DNA of 64,000 bases from Paraphysomonas bandaiensis (lineage: Eukaryota > Protista > Chrysophyceae): positions 62,001-126,000 of the forward strand of contig CBFFRP010000400.1 in NCBI GenBank assembly GCA_965644295.1, in the 5' to 3' direction. Under the pieces are notes generated by a model. That model saw nothing but the letters and a program-made list of their open reading frames with translations, was not told the origin of the DNA and did not search any database. The translations under genes and the position numbers were made by a program. Numbering within the stretch: position 1 is the stretch's first letter; every line of letters begins with the position of its first letter. Shown one piece after another: positions 23,001 to 36,673 of this stretch.

Positions 23001-24701
23001 GCCGTCCTGTTGAATAAAGTAGAATAATAAGTAGGACTATCCAATGCATCTAGTCCATTATTCTTGTACACACACACTACGGATCCTCTGTATTAAGGTA
23101 TTCTTGCACACACATATACTTCTCTTCCTCTGATAGTGGTACCTAACGGATACACTTATATAACGTCATTTACATTACTATACTTGAATATTTCGAAGCA
23201 GTTGAATATGCTATCACATTATATATATGCTATGTATCTAGACGATCGTTATGGAGGTGCTCAGTTTGTTCTTTGCCATCCCGGTGAATCAGTGTGTTGA
23301 TCAATTAAATGAATAATGAGATAAAGCCTATCGATTTCATATTGGCTACTTAAAACAAAAGTTGCTTCTTAACAGCATGCAATGACTGCAGTCATCATCA
23401 GTGAATAGGGTGATGTAGTATGTCGCTATTTGTATGTTGAAAGATGACTATTCCCCATCATGAGCGCGTTAGATCTGCTTCTACAATTGTCTGACTTAAT
23501 GAAGATTTTTCCAGCAGCCCGGTGAATCAGTAATAGAATGAATACATGTTGAAAGCCCTTTAGTGAGTTTGAACATTTAACTAGTTACGTTTAGTATGTA
23601 CCGCTTACAATTATGTGCAGTAACTAATATACGCACTCAAATTGATGGTATAAAAAAATAATCCAATTAATTGACACTTAATTGAAGCAGGTTGTAGTCA
23701 ACTATAATCGCTATTACTATTAGCTACCTCAATTTCTATTATTGAAATTCGATAATAGATAACTAATCGTATGTAACCCTATCACAGAGGGTCATAGCAT
23801 TAATGTTGTGAAGGTTTGACTGATACAGTTTCATACATTAACATATGTACCTCAACGCATCAAAATCGATTGCTACTTTTATACGTATGCTGGTGATAAT
23901 GCTGCAAAGAGTTGAATGTAATGCAGGTTCAAGTATGAGCAGATTCTCCTCTTCCTTTATTTCTTCTGTTAATATATATATGCATTATCCTTTCATAAAT
24001 GTGGTATAGTAACTGTCGTCGTTGGAATGATACTATATATTGGCCATTTTCCCGAAAACGTCATACTAAACCCCTCTTTTTATGTTGAGATTGAATGAAA
24101 AATAGGGATTTCAAGAACGAAATAACACCAATGCCTGATTTATGTTAGCAAAATTGGCTGTGTTGTTTGCTGTCTGCATACACTAGTAAACTATCATCAT
24201 AAGTATCCAACAGTAGTGTAACTGGATAGAACTGCTACAATCTCTAATTCTGGAATTCAGTACTATAGAATCAGATGCAGATACAATCTCCCTCTACTCT
24301 AAAGCCTTGTGGCCCATATCGCATTTCTCGATTCCCCCACAAAAGTATCCTTCCATAAAAAAAAACACAGTAAAAATATAGGTTTTTATCTGTCTAAAAT
24401 TCCGATTTTCTACAATTCCCTAGATTAGAACTCCAGAAATTTTATAATGACGATATATATTTCCGTTGTTTTTTATATATAGTCAACTGTGTATTAAAAA
24501 CCCCTATAGATAAGTTGCATTCATCTCCAGCATTCATTGATGCCATCCCCAATCCCTATTCAACTGAAACATCATACATACGTCATATTAAGCACTGTCC
24601 TAGTATGATATGCAAGAATATGCTTGAGGGGTATAGGAATAGGTACTCATTGATCATATGGTTACTTGTGAGAGTTCTATATATTGTATACCATTGCAAC
24701 A

Positions 24702-25947
24702 ATGGAACTCTGTACATTAATAGTCAACTATCTGCCCCATGATATGGACGATGCAGAGTTCAGGGTAATCACTTCTATCATTGAAGAGTTAAATTAATTC
24801 TTATTACATCTACTGACAGAGACTGTTTGAGGAGCATGGTGATGTCACACAGGCCATTATAGCCAAAAACAAGCAGACAGGTGAAAGCCTAACCTATGGA
24901 TTCGTAAAGTACACTAGTCCACAGGCTGCATCATCGGCTATACTAGGGAAGAATGGGTTTCAAATCGGAAAGAAAAAGTTGAAAGTAAGCTTAGCAAGAC
25001 GTCGCCCGGAGGATATTCAACATAGAAAGTTATTTGTTTCCAAACTTCCTGTTTCCTATACACAAAATCACGTCAGAAATCTCTTCCTTCAGGTCTAGTC
25101 TACTCTTGTTATACCCTCGCGACTTATATATATATAGTACGGCGAGATAGTGGAGTGCCGTTTGTTAATGGAGGCAGAATCAAAGACCTCAAGAGGGTCT
25201 GCATTTGTGGAATACTGCAATGCTTCGGATTGTGCTTCAGGTCATCTTGATGTGACCTAGTGTTGTAACACCTAACGACTAACTTCACTTGCAGCACTTA
25301 GTTTAAACGGTAAAATTCCCTCTGGTGGCACGAGGCCTTTGAAAGTTCAGTACGCCCGGCCTCCGCCTATTGAACGGACTGAAAACTCTTCATCACAGTG
25401 CGCTTATCAGCCCCTCCCTTGCCCGGAGATGGAGGTTTCTCTTCCTTGTGCGGTGTATTCATCAAACCCAGAATCGTGGACACGGACAAGACCTCCTGGA
25501 ATTACAACAGAATATTTTACACCTGCGTCTGCCAATGCATCTCCAATGTACCTGAGTGAGAACATGCCGTCTCCTATAAGCATGTCAGTGCCTATCCCTA
25601 CTTCGACTATGGTTGCCCCTTCTCCAGTCACCATCAGTCCTATGTCCAGTTCAACAGGAAGTAGAGATCATTTTGCCGCGTTGTGTGAGCATTTCATAGA
25701 AATATCTGGGCTCCCCCCATTTGTTAACGTAGGATGGTTATTGGATATCTTTTCTCCAGCTGGGTCAGTATTAACAGCAGGTATTAACGTCGCTGAAGTA
25801 GGAAACTCAGTCGTGACAAACGGTCTAGGATGGGTAAGGATATTCAGCATTCCGGAATATGTTGATGCAGTGGTCGCGCAGCTCCATGGATACTCTATAT
25901 TTCCAGCGTATCCACCCCTCCAAGTGCGTGTGACGCGCAGTGTGTAG
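24702..25947 (+). CDS. ELAV/Sex-lethal-like RNA-binding protein: two RRMs, S/P-rich hinge, third divergent RRM; 4 exons
   Basis: MELCTLIVNYLPHDMDDAEFR|RLFEEHGDV...KQTGESLTYGFVKY...KKLKVSLAR; LFVSKLP...SRGSAFVEY...PLKVQYA; third RRM IEISGLP...GLGWVRI. Confidence 0.88.
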
Positions 25948-26537
25948 GCTCCCTGAGCTTAATCTATGTTACACAAGATGTCTCGCACAGCCAAACTTAT
26001 GAAATTGGTTATGGTCCGACTTTTGAAATAAAACAGATGAAGATTATATTTTCTGACTAAACATTGGTTGTGGTATTACTTGAATTGGAAGTATATATGA
26101 CTGCATTAATATAGTAAAGTTAACAGGAGTAATATTTTCGAAATGTTAACCAATACAAATAATATCAGGTAATACATGGTGAAGTATTCTCTCTTTTGTC
26201 TCACATTAAGCTTAGCCCTTACTTACACATACACAACACAGAGTGAAAAAAATCTACAAGAAATATATACCCTTTTCACAAACACTACACAGAAACACAA
26301 GAAATCATGGTTGCATTTTTTGATTCTGTAGTCACTGCTACTGCACTAGGATATATAAGATATATTATACCACACAATGTTGAGTTTCTAGATGCGTAAG
26401 CGCTACAACTAGAAAACATAATGCTACGTATAATAATGATAAATACATAGCATGTGTGTGCAGTGTACAGTGATAACGCAATTAATTAATATATTAAAAA
26501 TGTATCCTATTTCGTGTCTTTTCTGTCGTCCTACTTA

Positions 26538-28021
26538 CTACTTTGATATGTTTACTACTGGAATAGAGTCTACAGTTCCTTTGACAGCTGCTTCTACCCA
26601 CCAAGATCCCAAGAGTCTCTCAAAGGGTCGAGGGGTCTTAGATGCTTTAACGACATGAGAAAACTGTATCCGATAATGTCCCTCCCGATTTTTACCCAAA
26701 ACTTCACCAGTGTCACCTTCATAAGGGCCACTTACTAATCTCACCACACTGCCCTCTCTTAGATCAAGTAGAGTCAAATGCGAGGTCCCGCTTTGTTTCT
26801 GATTCCAAGGTCGCAAAAAACTAGAATCCGTAGATATACGGTGGCCATTTCGGTTGTACGGAATAATGAAAACGTCGTCTTGCTTAATTTTCTCTCGAGC
26901 CACATCAGGCCTGTAACTCTCGGTCATAGGCTGCGTTGTAAGGTCTAATTCATCCATAAGTAGTTTCATGACTGTGTCGATTTTGCCGAAGATTCGTAAA
27001 CACGAGAGGCTATCGAATTGTGTTTGCTGGGAATTGACAATGACACCGCCAATCGATGATCCAGCCTTCCCTTTGTTGGCGACAGTAGTAAAAACTCTAT
27101 CTGCATTCATGCCACACATACTAGTGCCCATAGAAAGACATAAATCGGCGTGGTTCTCCCATTCTATCATAGAGCTAAAGAGATCGGAACGTAGACTACC
27201 ACTCATAGGCACAACAGGGTTTGAGGGGTCATACCAAGCACCGTGTATCTATAACAGAAGTTAAACGTTATCTTGCCAAACTCTTTTCTCACAGTTTATC
27301 TAACTCACCTCATTAATAATGTGCTGAGGGAACCCTGCCTTTTGGGGTAGTCCATCATGGTTCTGCTGCACCCACTGATGGATCATTCCCGCCCTGTACA
27401 TAGCAGCAAGACTCCTGTGCGCATACGTCGGTTGAGCTTCCAATGGTGATCTCAATCGTGGTATATTCATCTGAGTATGCTGTCCTCTAGTAGCATAATC
27501 ATTTATACCAGATGATGTAGAGATCCCTGCCCCTGTATATACGAGACATTTCTCTGATCTTCGTACTAATTGAGCTAATAATAATATTTTTTGTTGCATA
27601 ACATGTGGAGTATCTTCATATTCATGAGCTTGTTTGGTTATATATCCTGGACGTGCCTCAAGATCACAGTGTACTACTTTACGTGGGGGTTCCCATAAGG
27701 GGTCACCAAGCCATCCATGCATCTCTTCATATCCATTCTCAGGTACTAATACATCCATTGATTGATATCTAGAGTCTTGTAATTGATTCACTTGCATAAG
27801 GATTCTGTAGAAGGTAATGTGGGTGTATTGTGAAGGTCTGTTAGTCTGATATCCATATATGGATCACTATGTGGATAGTATACCATACTACGACCGACGT
27901 ACAGTGTGATGATATGACTATGATTTCCGTGTACATATTTTCCGTATATTTTCTGTTCCAATGAATTAGTAAAGTTTAGAAATAGAAGTGGCTCATTGGA
28001 TGGATATATGGTTGTGTTCAT
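26538..28021 (-). CDS. Divergent Sir2-family (sirtuin) protein lacking the Zn-ribbon, with a C-terminal KOW/SH3-like domain
   Basis: YTGAGISTSSGINDYA, QQNHDGL, E|IHGAWYDPSNPVV (intron about 27249-27308), GTS, VNSQQTQFD; tail GSVVRLVSGPYEGDTGEVLG is KOW-like; first exon 28021-27903 uncertain (alternative ATG at 27797). Confidence 0.85.
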
Positions 28022-29760
28022 ATCAAGAACTTTCTTGCACTATTTCCACTCATCCTTCTAGTATTTTTGTTCAAAGATGCCTCTAATATTGAGACAATAA
28101 TTATGTGTATTCCAGCCGTATTTGTATATAAGTAACATAGAAAACTTTTACTTCAATTTATTCCCGAAAACTACTCTGCCTGTTGACTGCCGATACAATA
28201 TATGTATACAATGTATAGTATACCGTGTATACTGTTAATGTATTATAGCAGTAATACAGCTGTGTGTTGTGGTCAAACATGGACGAACAGGCAGTTAAGA
28301 GTGCTAGTGGTATATGCATATGCATGTTAATATTGAAGGTATCAAAGAAGAGTGCAATTAAGGAAAATATATGTTGGGTAAAGTATTTAGTATATATACC
28401 CTCTGTGTCTGTATCATACACCAGAAGTTGTCTCGGTGTAAGATCGGTACTTCTTATATGCCACATACCGCAGAGTGACTGCTGTGTAAGTGTTCTGGAT
28501 TGAGAGTACATGTAGTGCTCTTAGGGTGTAATGCGCAGGTAACCAATACTGACCAACGGTGGTGCCCCATCCAAAACTATGCTACCAGCAACCTTAAGAT
28601 ATTGAACTTCTACAGATTTATCATTACATCGTAGGTGTGCAAGTTAACTAAAAGTTAATTATACTGACATTTCATTTATTGCTTTTGGTTTCATGCGATA
28701 TGGATATATGATATACTAGGTTCGCAAGTGCAATTGCTATTCACATAACATAACTCTACAACATCAAATATAAGTCATCATTTCGTAGCCACATTACCTT
28801 TTGCCAAATGTGTCCTTCTTTTCTTAGTTGGCGGACTGCCCACTTAAGATAGCGTATTGCTCATGCTTCTGTTTTCTGTTCCAATGAATTAGTAAAGTTT
28901 AGTAATAGAACTGGCTCATTGGATGGAGATATGGTTGTGTTCCTATGAACTTACTTGCACTATTACCCTCGTTTAATACCCTTGATAATACAGTACATAT
29001 GTTTATGTATACATTGTCTATAATGCCGTGTATACTGCTATGTATTATAGCAGTAATACAGCTGTGCGTTGTGGTCAAACATGGACGAACAGGCAGTTAA
29101 GAGTGATAGTGGTATATGCATATGCATGTTAATATAGAAGGTATCAAAGAAGAGTGCAATTAAGGAAAATATATGTTGGGTAAAGTATTTAGTATATATA
29201 CCCTCTGTGTCTGTATCATACACCAGAAGTTGTCTCGGTGTAAGATCGGTACTTCTTATATGCCACATACCGCAGAGTGACTGCTGTGTAAGTGTTCTGG
29301 ATTGAGAGTACATGTAGTGCTCTTAGGGTGTAATGCGCAGGTAACCAATACTGACCAACGGTGGTGCCCCATCCAAAACTATGCTACCAGCAACCTTAAG
29401 ATATTGAACTTCTACAGATTTATCATTACATCGTAGGTGTGCAAGTTAACTAAAAGTTAATTATACTGACATTTCATTTATTGCTTTTGGTTTCATGCGA
29501 TATGGATATATGATATACTAGGTTCGCAAGTACAATTGCAATTCACGTAACAAAACTCTACAACATCTAATATAACTCTACAACGTATTCCAAGTAGGAG
29601 TTAGGTTATCAATAGCTGGTGAGAAAGGGTAGTTCTTACTACCAACTTTCTTTCGAAGGAAGTCATCATTGGTAGCCACATTATCTTTTGCCAAATGTCT
29701 CCTTCTTTTCTTAGTTGGCGGGCCACTTAAGTTAGCGTACTCCTCATTCTTCTGTTTTTC
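27950..29760. repeat. Tandem duplication (about 27950-28870 / 28870-29760) with a near-identical core at 802-bp offset
   Basis: 28240-28750 is almost identical to 29042-29552; the flanks are diverged; repeat Z is present only in the left copy. Confidence 0.9.
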
Positions 29761-30813
29761 ACGAATACTCAATATATTAGTCACTGCTGCCTCTGCATAG
29801 CTGCGTATGGTACGTTGCCAATTTTCATGTTCCTGAAGGTTGCTTTCGCTTGGCTTCTCAGGAATTGTTATATTTGGCCCGATGAAATGTTTCATAGCAT
29901 GTACCATTCTTCTGTACATGTTGAACACTTTCCTCTGTGCATCCGTCAAACTTGTATTGTTTAAGTCCTTCAAACCTGATGCATACCAATGGAAGAAAAC
30001 AGAAGCCGATGATATACTTCTAGAGGAAGTAATCATCCCTAGGCACTTCGCAGGAATGGGCGTTATTGGCACCTTTACAATTTCAGGTGGTGCCCAAGGT
30101 GAAACAACAGAGACTCCATTACTAACTACCACTGGTGTCGCAGGTATAGATGATGTAGCTGTATCATGTAGAGGGGCCTGGCTTCGCTGACTTAGTAATG
30201 ACTCTATCCGATTAAGTTGAGCCTTCAAGTTCTGAATTTCATCGGAATGGGCTTGTTTCAATTTCTGAATTTCATCGGAATGGGCTTGTTTCAATTCAGC
30301 AATATTCGAACTGAGAGCTACGATTGCATTACGTGAGTCCGACATGTGTTGATCACGCGTTGTTACGGCTATGACATCTTCAGGCACTTGGTCACTAAGT
30401 TTTGTTCCATCGCGAGCACATTTCTTCACGTATTCCTTCATTATATTGAGGCGTAACTTTCGATACCATGTGCCATAAAATACAGTCGTCCCTGGATTTT
30501 CACTCTCGATCTTCATTCGGAGTTTGGAGATGTAGTTGAGAACACATTTCGGTTTCTTGATTTTGACAGTATTAATTATGAAATTAGCAAATCTACCGAA
30601 TATATCAGACGTAGTTTTGACTTCCTTAAAATAATCATCGTTGTATACGGGATAGGGATACCTTTCCGCATCGATCCCGTGACACTTACAGATGAAATTG
30701 TTGAAGTGGTTCATCACAGTGTTAAGGGATCTTTCGTACTCACGGCTGGTCCTATCTGCCAGATTCTCATCCAGGTTGCCTAAGAGAGAACCATCATCAC
30801 TTGTGAGTTCCAT
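29578..30813 (-). CDS. Intronless 411-aa ORF resembling a Crypton-type tyrosine-recombinase transposon protein without the catalytic domain
   Basis: N-terminal helical region (DIFGRFANFI...LNYISKLR...WYRKLR...KKCARDG) recalls the core-binding part of stramenopile Crypton proteins (from memory, not searched); no R...HxxR...Y motifs; coiled coil with an 11-aa duplication; basic PTKKRRR. Confidence 0.5.
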   Translation of the reverse strand: MELTSDDGSLLGNLDENLADRTSREYERSLNTVMNHFNNFICKCHGIDAERYPYPVYNDDYFKEVKTTSDIFGRFANFIINTVKIKKPKCVLNYISKLRMKIESENPGTTVFYGTWYRKLRLNIMKEYVKKCARDGTKLSDQVPEDVIAVTTRDQHMSDSRNAIVALSSNIAELKQAHSDEIQKLKQAHSDEIQNLKAQLNRIESLLSQRSQAPLHDTATSSIPATPVVVSNGVSVVSPWAPPEIVKVPITPIPAKCLGMITSSRSISSASVFFHWYASGLKDLNNTSLTDAQRKVFNMYRRMVHAMKHFIGPNITIPEKPSESNLQEHENWQRTIRSYAEAAVTNILSIREKQKNEEYANLSGPPTKKRRRHLAKDNVATNDDFLRKKVGSKNYPFSPAIDNLTPTWNTL

Positions 30814-30923
30814 AATTATTACAAGAATAATAAGGTGCAGGCTAAGATTATATCAATATCATCAATAGATAGTATGAACACAGCAGTCGTGATGAGATCT
30901 AATACACCATGCTGCTGTACATG

Positions 30924-32174
30924 ATACATACTTACATACCTACCTACCTACCTACCTACCTACCTACCTACCTACATACATACATACATACATACATACA
31001 TACTTACATACCTACCTACCTACCTACCTACCTACCTACCTACCTACCTACCTACCTACCTACCTACCTACCTACCTACCTACCTACCTACATACATACA
31101 TACATACATACACATACATACATACATACATACATACATACATACATACATACATACATACATACATACATACATACATACATACATACATACATACATA
31201 CATACATACATACATACATACATACATACATACATACATACATACATACATACATACATACATACATACATACATACATACATACATACATACATACATA
31301 CATACATACATACATACATACATACATACATACATACATACATACATACATACATACATACATACATACATACATACATACATACATACATACATACATA
31401 CATACATACATACATACATACATACATACATACATACATACATACATACATACATACATACATACATACATACATACATACATACATACATACATACATA
31501 CATACATACATACATACATACATACATACATACATACATACATACATACATACATACATACATACATACATACATACATACATACATACATACATACATA
31601 CATACATACATACATACATACATACATACATACATACATACATACATACATACATACATACATACATACATACATACATACATACATACATACATACATA
31701 CATACATACATACATACATACATACATACATACATACATACATACATACCTACCTACCTACCTACCTACCTACCTACCTACATACATACATACATACATA
31801 CATACATACATACATACATACATACATACATACATACATACAGTACATACATACATACATACAATACATACATACATACATACATACATACATACATACA
31901 TACAGTACATACATACATACATACAGTACATACATACATACATACATACATACATACATACATACCTACATACCTACATACCTACATACCTACATACATA
32001 CATACATACATACATACATACATACATACATACATACATACATACATACATACATACATACATACATACATACATACATACATACATACATACATACATA
32101 CATACATACATACATACATACATACATACATACATACATACATACATACATACATACATACATACATACATACA
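30924..32174. repeat. About 1.25-kb compound (CATA)n/(CCTA)n microsatellite
   Basis: Directly visible. Confidence 0.99.
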
Positions 32175-32375
32175 GTGCGTGATATATGATCTGGCTGTAT
32201 CATAGTAGTATGGTTTATACACGTAGATGACTAGCCATGCATATCTTTCCATCGCATCTATCATTCTCATTCATATTACAATAACATTCCATTAAATTTA
32301 TCCTCTATTTTACTTCCCTCTTAATAACCCCTCTCTCTCTCTTCATACTCTACATATTCTCCATATATACTGTAT

Positions 32376-33574
32376 ATGTTCATGGATATATATGTATTAG
32401 TGGGATTAGGGCTCGCATGTTTCCCTATAGGGTCATGGATTATTTTATCATATATACAAAGTAAACGTTTATATGATGGTCTTTTACGTGTACAAATATT
32501 AAGTATACGTACAGCTATGATGTTACCAAGTTATGCATGTCTGATATGGTTAACACTCTTAATACCTAAATCAGCTGCACTTATGGCTGTCCCGATTGCT
32601 ATAGCTGAAGGTAATAGAAAACTATATATTTCTAAGTTTTTTATATTAAATATATGGAATTTTATTATATAGGCTTCTCATTTTATTCATTTTTTGCAAT
32701 GTTAATTGCTAATCTTGGTGGCGGGAATAATGCATTGCAAGAGTTAATATCACATAACAATCCTCCTTGTGGATGTTTTACAAATGTTGATTATCGAGGT
32801 TTTTATGCTAGAGTTCAGATAGCATTATATCAATTTCTTTTTGTGAGACCACTGTTGGAACTTGCTGCAGCGATATTCAGTTATATGAATTATCGTGTGC
32901 CATCACTGCTATGCACTATCGGTGGGACTGCTCAATTTCTATGGGGATTCATATACCTGGTTACCTTTTGTAGGTTTTAGTACTTAACCAGCTGTGTATA
33001 TGTAACTGTTGTGTATTTAGATCAGACAATATACAATCTCAGTGAGAATCTCTTCGCCACATTGAAGATTCTACTGCTCAAAGTTTCTGTTGGACTATAT
33101 ATCACACAAGGTATGAACAGTACTTTTTTTCCATTTGTAATTTACAATGGTGAGAATAGGAGTGGTTGTGGAAATACTTACGGCTACTGGTACATTAGAT
33201 ATGAAAGACACCAGTCGATACGATTCAGAAGAGAGATTGACACGAGGGCTAGGTATGCCAATTACCAAATAGACAACTTGTTCTCTAACTGTCCAACAGC
33301 CCTTCTTGTGTTGGCAGAGTACTTTATACTTTCTACACTCCTCTATTTTGCTTTCTCTCACCATATTCAACCCAATTTTATTCTCGTTCACTCTTACCCT
33401 CAATCTACGACTCCAGTGAAGATGACGTATTTCGAGTTCTTAACTAAAGTATTCACATTTTCGGATGTGTTTCAAGAGCTGATGCCGACATTGGCATACT
33501 CTGATGATATGGACAGAACATCTTCGGCCCATGAGAGATTGCTTCCTGGGAAACGGCAGCAGAATTATTTCTAA
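32376..33574 (+). CDS. OST-alpha / TMEM184-like multi-pass membrane protein, about 5 exons
   Basis: IRTAMMLPSYA, AEG|FSFYSFFAMLIANLGG, ALYQFLFVRPL, LKILLLKVSVGLYITQG, LVLAEYFILS; several hydrophobic helices. Confidence 0.8.
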
Positions 33575-34290
33575 TATTAGATATTTAAAATTATTGTTCA
33601 TTATGCAGAATTGAGATCGTTAGCTGCAAATAACGCATCAAGGATGCTGATTCCGTTTACAAAAAATTAAATTTTTCGCCATGCATAAAGTGAAGCTCTT
33701 AGTAATTAAGTATTTGGGTGATATACTTTAATTAAGATTTGTTGCTAGTCATAATATTCAAGAAGTTTAGCGTAGTACTCTCATGTTAAAATCGTAGTAC
33801 TTCGATTGCTAGAAAGAAATTGCTATAGAATAAAATTCATGACGTATTTTCGAATATTCTTCACTACAGCGAGTTCCTATTGCTCGTACTTACTTCTATA
33901 GTGTCCTACAAAATACCTACGCGTACTACCATCAACGTCTGTCACGTCCGTATGTTCTGAGTACTGATAGTTCCGGTACATTCCAACCTTATATCTGGAC
34001 TTAGTACTTATAACTTCTGATCTGATCATGACTACTATCTACCTCTCATCTCATACTACTAACCACACTGCTTCATTTAATTACATATTTGGAAATACAA
34101 ATCACATATTGATTCAATTAAAAGGATAGCCTAGAAACTTCTGTCGTCGAAACAACAAGAACAGATGCCTCCATTTTATAGCTCTATGTGAAACTCAAGA
34201 AACCATACAAAACTATATTAACTTATCGAAATAAACGATAAAACGAACGAGAAACTAAATCATACGAACTGACAAAACTCGTGGAGTATG

Positions 34291-36069
34291 TTACCTCTCT
34301 TCTGTTAGTGGTTCCTCCATCCGTGGTGGCATGAAGTATGGACCCTGTCGAACCATAGTGTCAAGGGCTTCAATTACATCGTCCGACAGCTGTGCACTCT
34401 TTGGCGAGTACCGTATGGCAGATATCAGACTAAACTTCCACTCCTTGCCTTCCTTTGTGAATTCAGTGGTGCGATCCTAAAAATATACAGCATAAATAAA
34501 CTTACAGAATAACCTGCACGTGTGTGCACACTATGTTTACCTTGAGATACGTATAGAACCCAGCGTGCCCAATCAGTGTATGAAGGCCCCAGTTATCAGG
34601 TGTGTCTTGATACGCTAAAGCCCTCAACACATCAATCGCCCCTTCCCGAGCTTCAAGCACCGGCTGGCGGCAGAGCTTAAGAAGATAGTCCATTGTACTC
34701 CCCCCGTGGCCATGAGTGGAAGGACAAAGACGATTGAACAATGTCTTCTTCACTTCAGTAAGAGACATTAAACTGCTCTGTATGCCCCCATCTTGCTGGA
34801 GAAGGGGTATGGCACTAGTGGATATGGTCGCTGAGGATGAAGATCCTGGTGTAGGGGGTAGAACAGACTGACAGTCCTCGACTAGAACATACGGGTAGAG
34901 AAACACTTGCGCGGCACAATGAAGTGCCGCCCCCTGTACTTTTGGTTGAGAACGCAACAGATAGAGCCAGGCATCTATTAGGGGAGTGTGAGAGAGTACA
35001 GTCCGCATAGCAGATGGAGAGGATGTACAATACGCCGCAAGAGACGTCAAAGACGACAACTTGTCTGCCTCTCCAGAAGAACTCAACATCTCAGTGAGAA
35101 CAGACAAAAGTTGTGGTACGCTTCTCGTATATACCGGCATGGCTAGAGTGGGATGGGCAGTGCGCTCAGCAGCTGCCATAACTTGTGATGCAGCTGAGAG
35201 ACATTGAACCGAAAGTGCGCCCCCACTTTCCCCTCCCGTGCATTCCGTCAAGAGCCATTGTAAATGCAACCCAGAGAGTAAGAATGTCAACCCAGGGGAT
35301 GTACTCGCAATAGAGGGAATGAAATCAATAGCCACCATCTGTGCAAGAATGTCTGGCTGTTCACACGCACGGAGAACTGCCTCTGGTGCAGAGTGCCTGG
35401 CACATATGTTGAAACACTCTTCTTCGCCGCTTCCCATGATATCTGAAAGCAGCTGTAGGTATCGCATGAGTACGGTGGCTGAGGAACCTTTCTTGGTGTA
35501 GTCCATCGCACCTTGAACTATTTGCTCACATAGAGTTGAGGATTCCGTAGCGACTTTGCGCAACAGACTTACTGCAGCATTCGATGTGGTGATATTTTCT
35601 AGTGACACCCACACTAGAGCAGATGAGACTAGTGAGTTCACAGTACTTTGTGGCAGAGTCTTTAACGCTCCATCGCGTAATAAAATATCAATAACTGAAG
35701 ATATGACCGCGTGTTCGGATGTGGTCGACACTACAGTATAATTCTATTAGTAATATATATATGCATACACATACACATACGACACATATGCATATATATA
35801 CGTATCACTGTATGCCCACACTCACCATGAGAAAACAATGCCTCACTTGATGGTGAAGTTAATAACCCATCTACTCCACCAGGATATGCTTGAATACGAT
35901 TGAGAAATTGTATACATAAGTCTGTATGAGTAGATATAAGTTGCATTACAATACTGCCTGAATCTGTTGTATGTTTGTCTAGAAGTATCTGTAAGGATGA
36001 TTTCTCATTACTAGAAGCAATAGGAGTATCAATAAATTCTTTTATATCATGAATTAATAGATTGGACAT
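34291..36069 (-). CDS. PSMD5/S5b(Hsm3)-like ARM/HEAT proteasome assembly chaperone, 3 exons
   Basis: Helical repeats, DILAQMVAID, C-terminus GFYTYLK|DRTTEFTKEGKEWKFSLISAI...VRQGPYFMP resembles the PSMD5 C-terminus. Confidence 0.75.
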
Positions 36070-36673
36070 GTTATATAATATAATTCTATATATAATAAAT
36101 AAGATGTCAAGGTATGATATATTAACGAAGATTTCTATATGTTAAGTTCTCCTTCTATACAAGGACTTGTAGGAATATGCATGACATCAACTTGCTGTTG
36201 AATTCAAGTCAATTATATTGATTTCTAGATTTATAGGTGGAGGTTTATACAGCAATAAGTATATTTTTAAGGGTTTTATGTAGTGTTGTATGGTGACTTT
36301 TAGAGGAGTTTATGTAGAAAATAGGGACTTTGTATACACACATACCAGTACTGTGTTGGTTTTGTGTACTGGATATGATGGTGGGAAATTACAGCTTTGA
36401 ACAACTCGTGGACTGAGAATGTTGGGCAGCGTATTTTCAGGATATGTTTGAATACAATAAAAAAACTAGGATTTATTCAACAAAAATAAGGATTTTAATA
36501 TTAATTTTCAAGTATTTGAAATTCATTACATACATATACATACATATATGTACACTGTACATCCTCCTTCTAGTCCATCATATTAAAGGACCGCCCATAT
36601 ATATCCACTAGCCTATTAACACACCTCCTCAAGCCCTAAGTAAAGGGTAAAAATATCATCATCATCTATAAAT

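Noticed and set aside
27788-27810. Apparent programmed frameshift between ORFs 27788..28021 and 27300..27797
   Set aside because: A GT-AG intron (gtacgt...actaac...ctacag) joins them in frame, or translation starts at 27797.
30909-32270. Long MYVC / YIHT ORFs (also 1574-1879 and 16052-16668)
   Set aside because: Translations of (TATG/CATA)n, which contain no stop codons in any frame.
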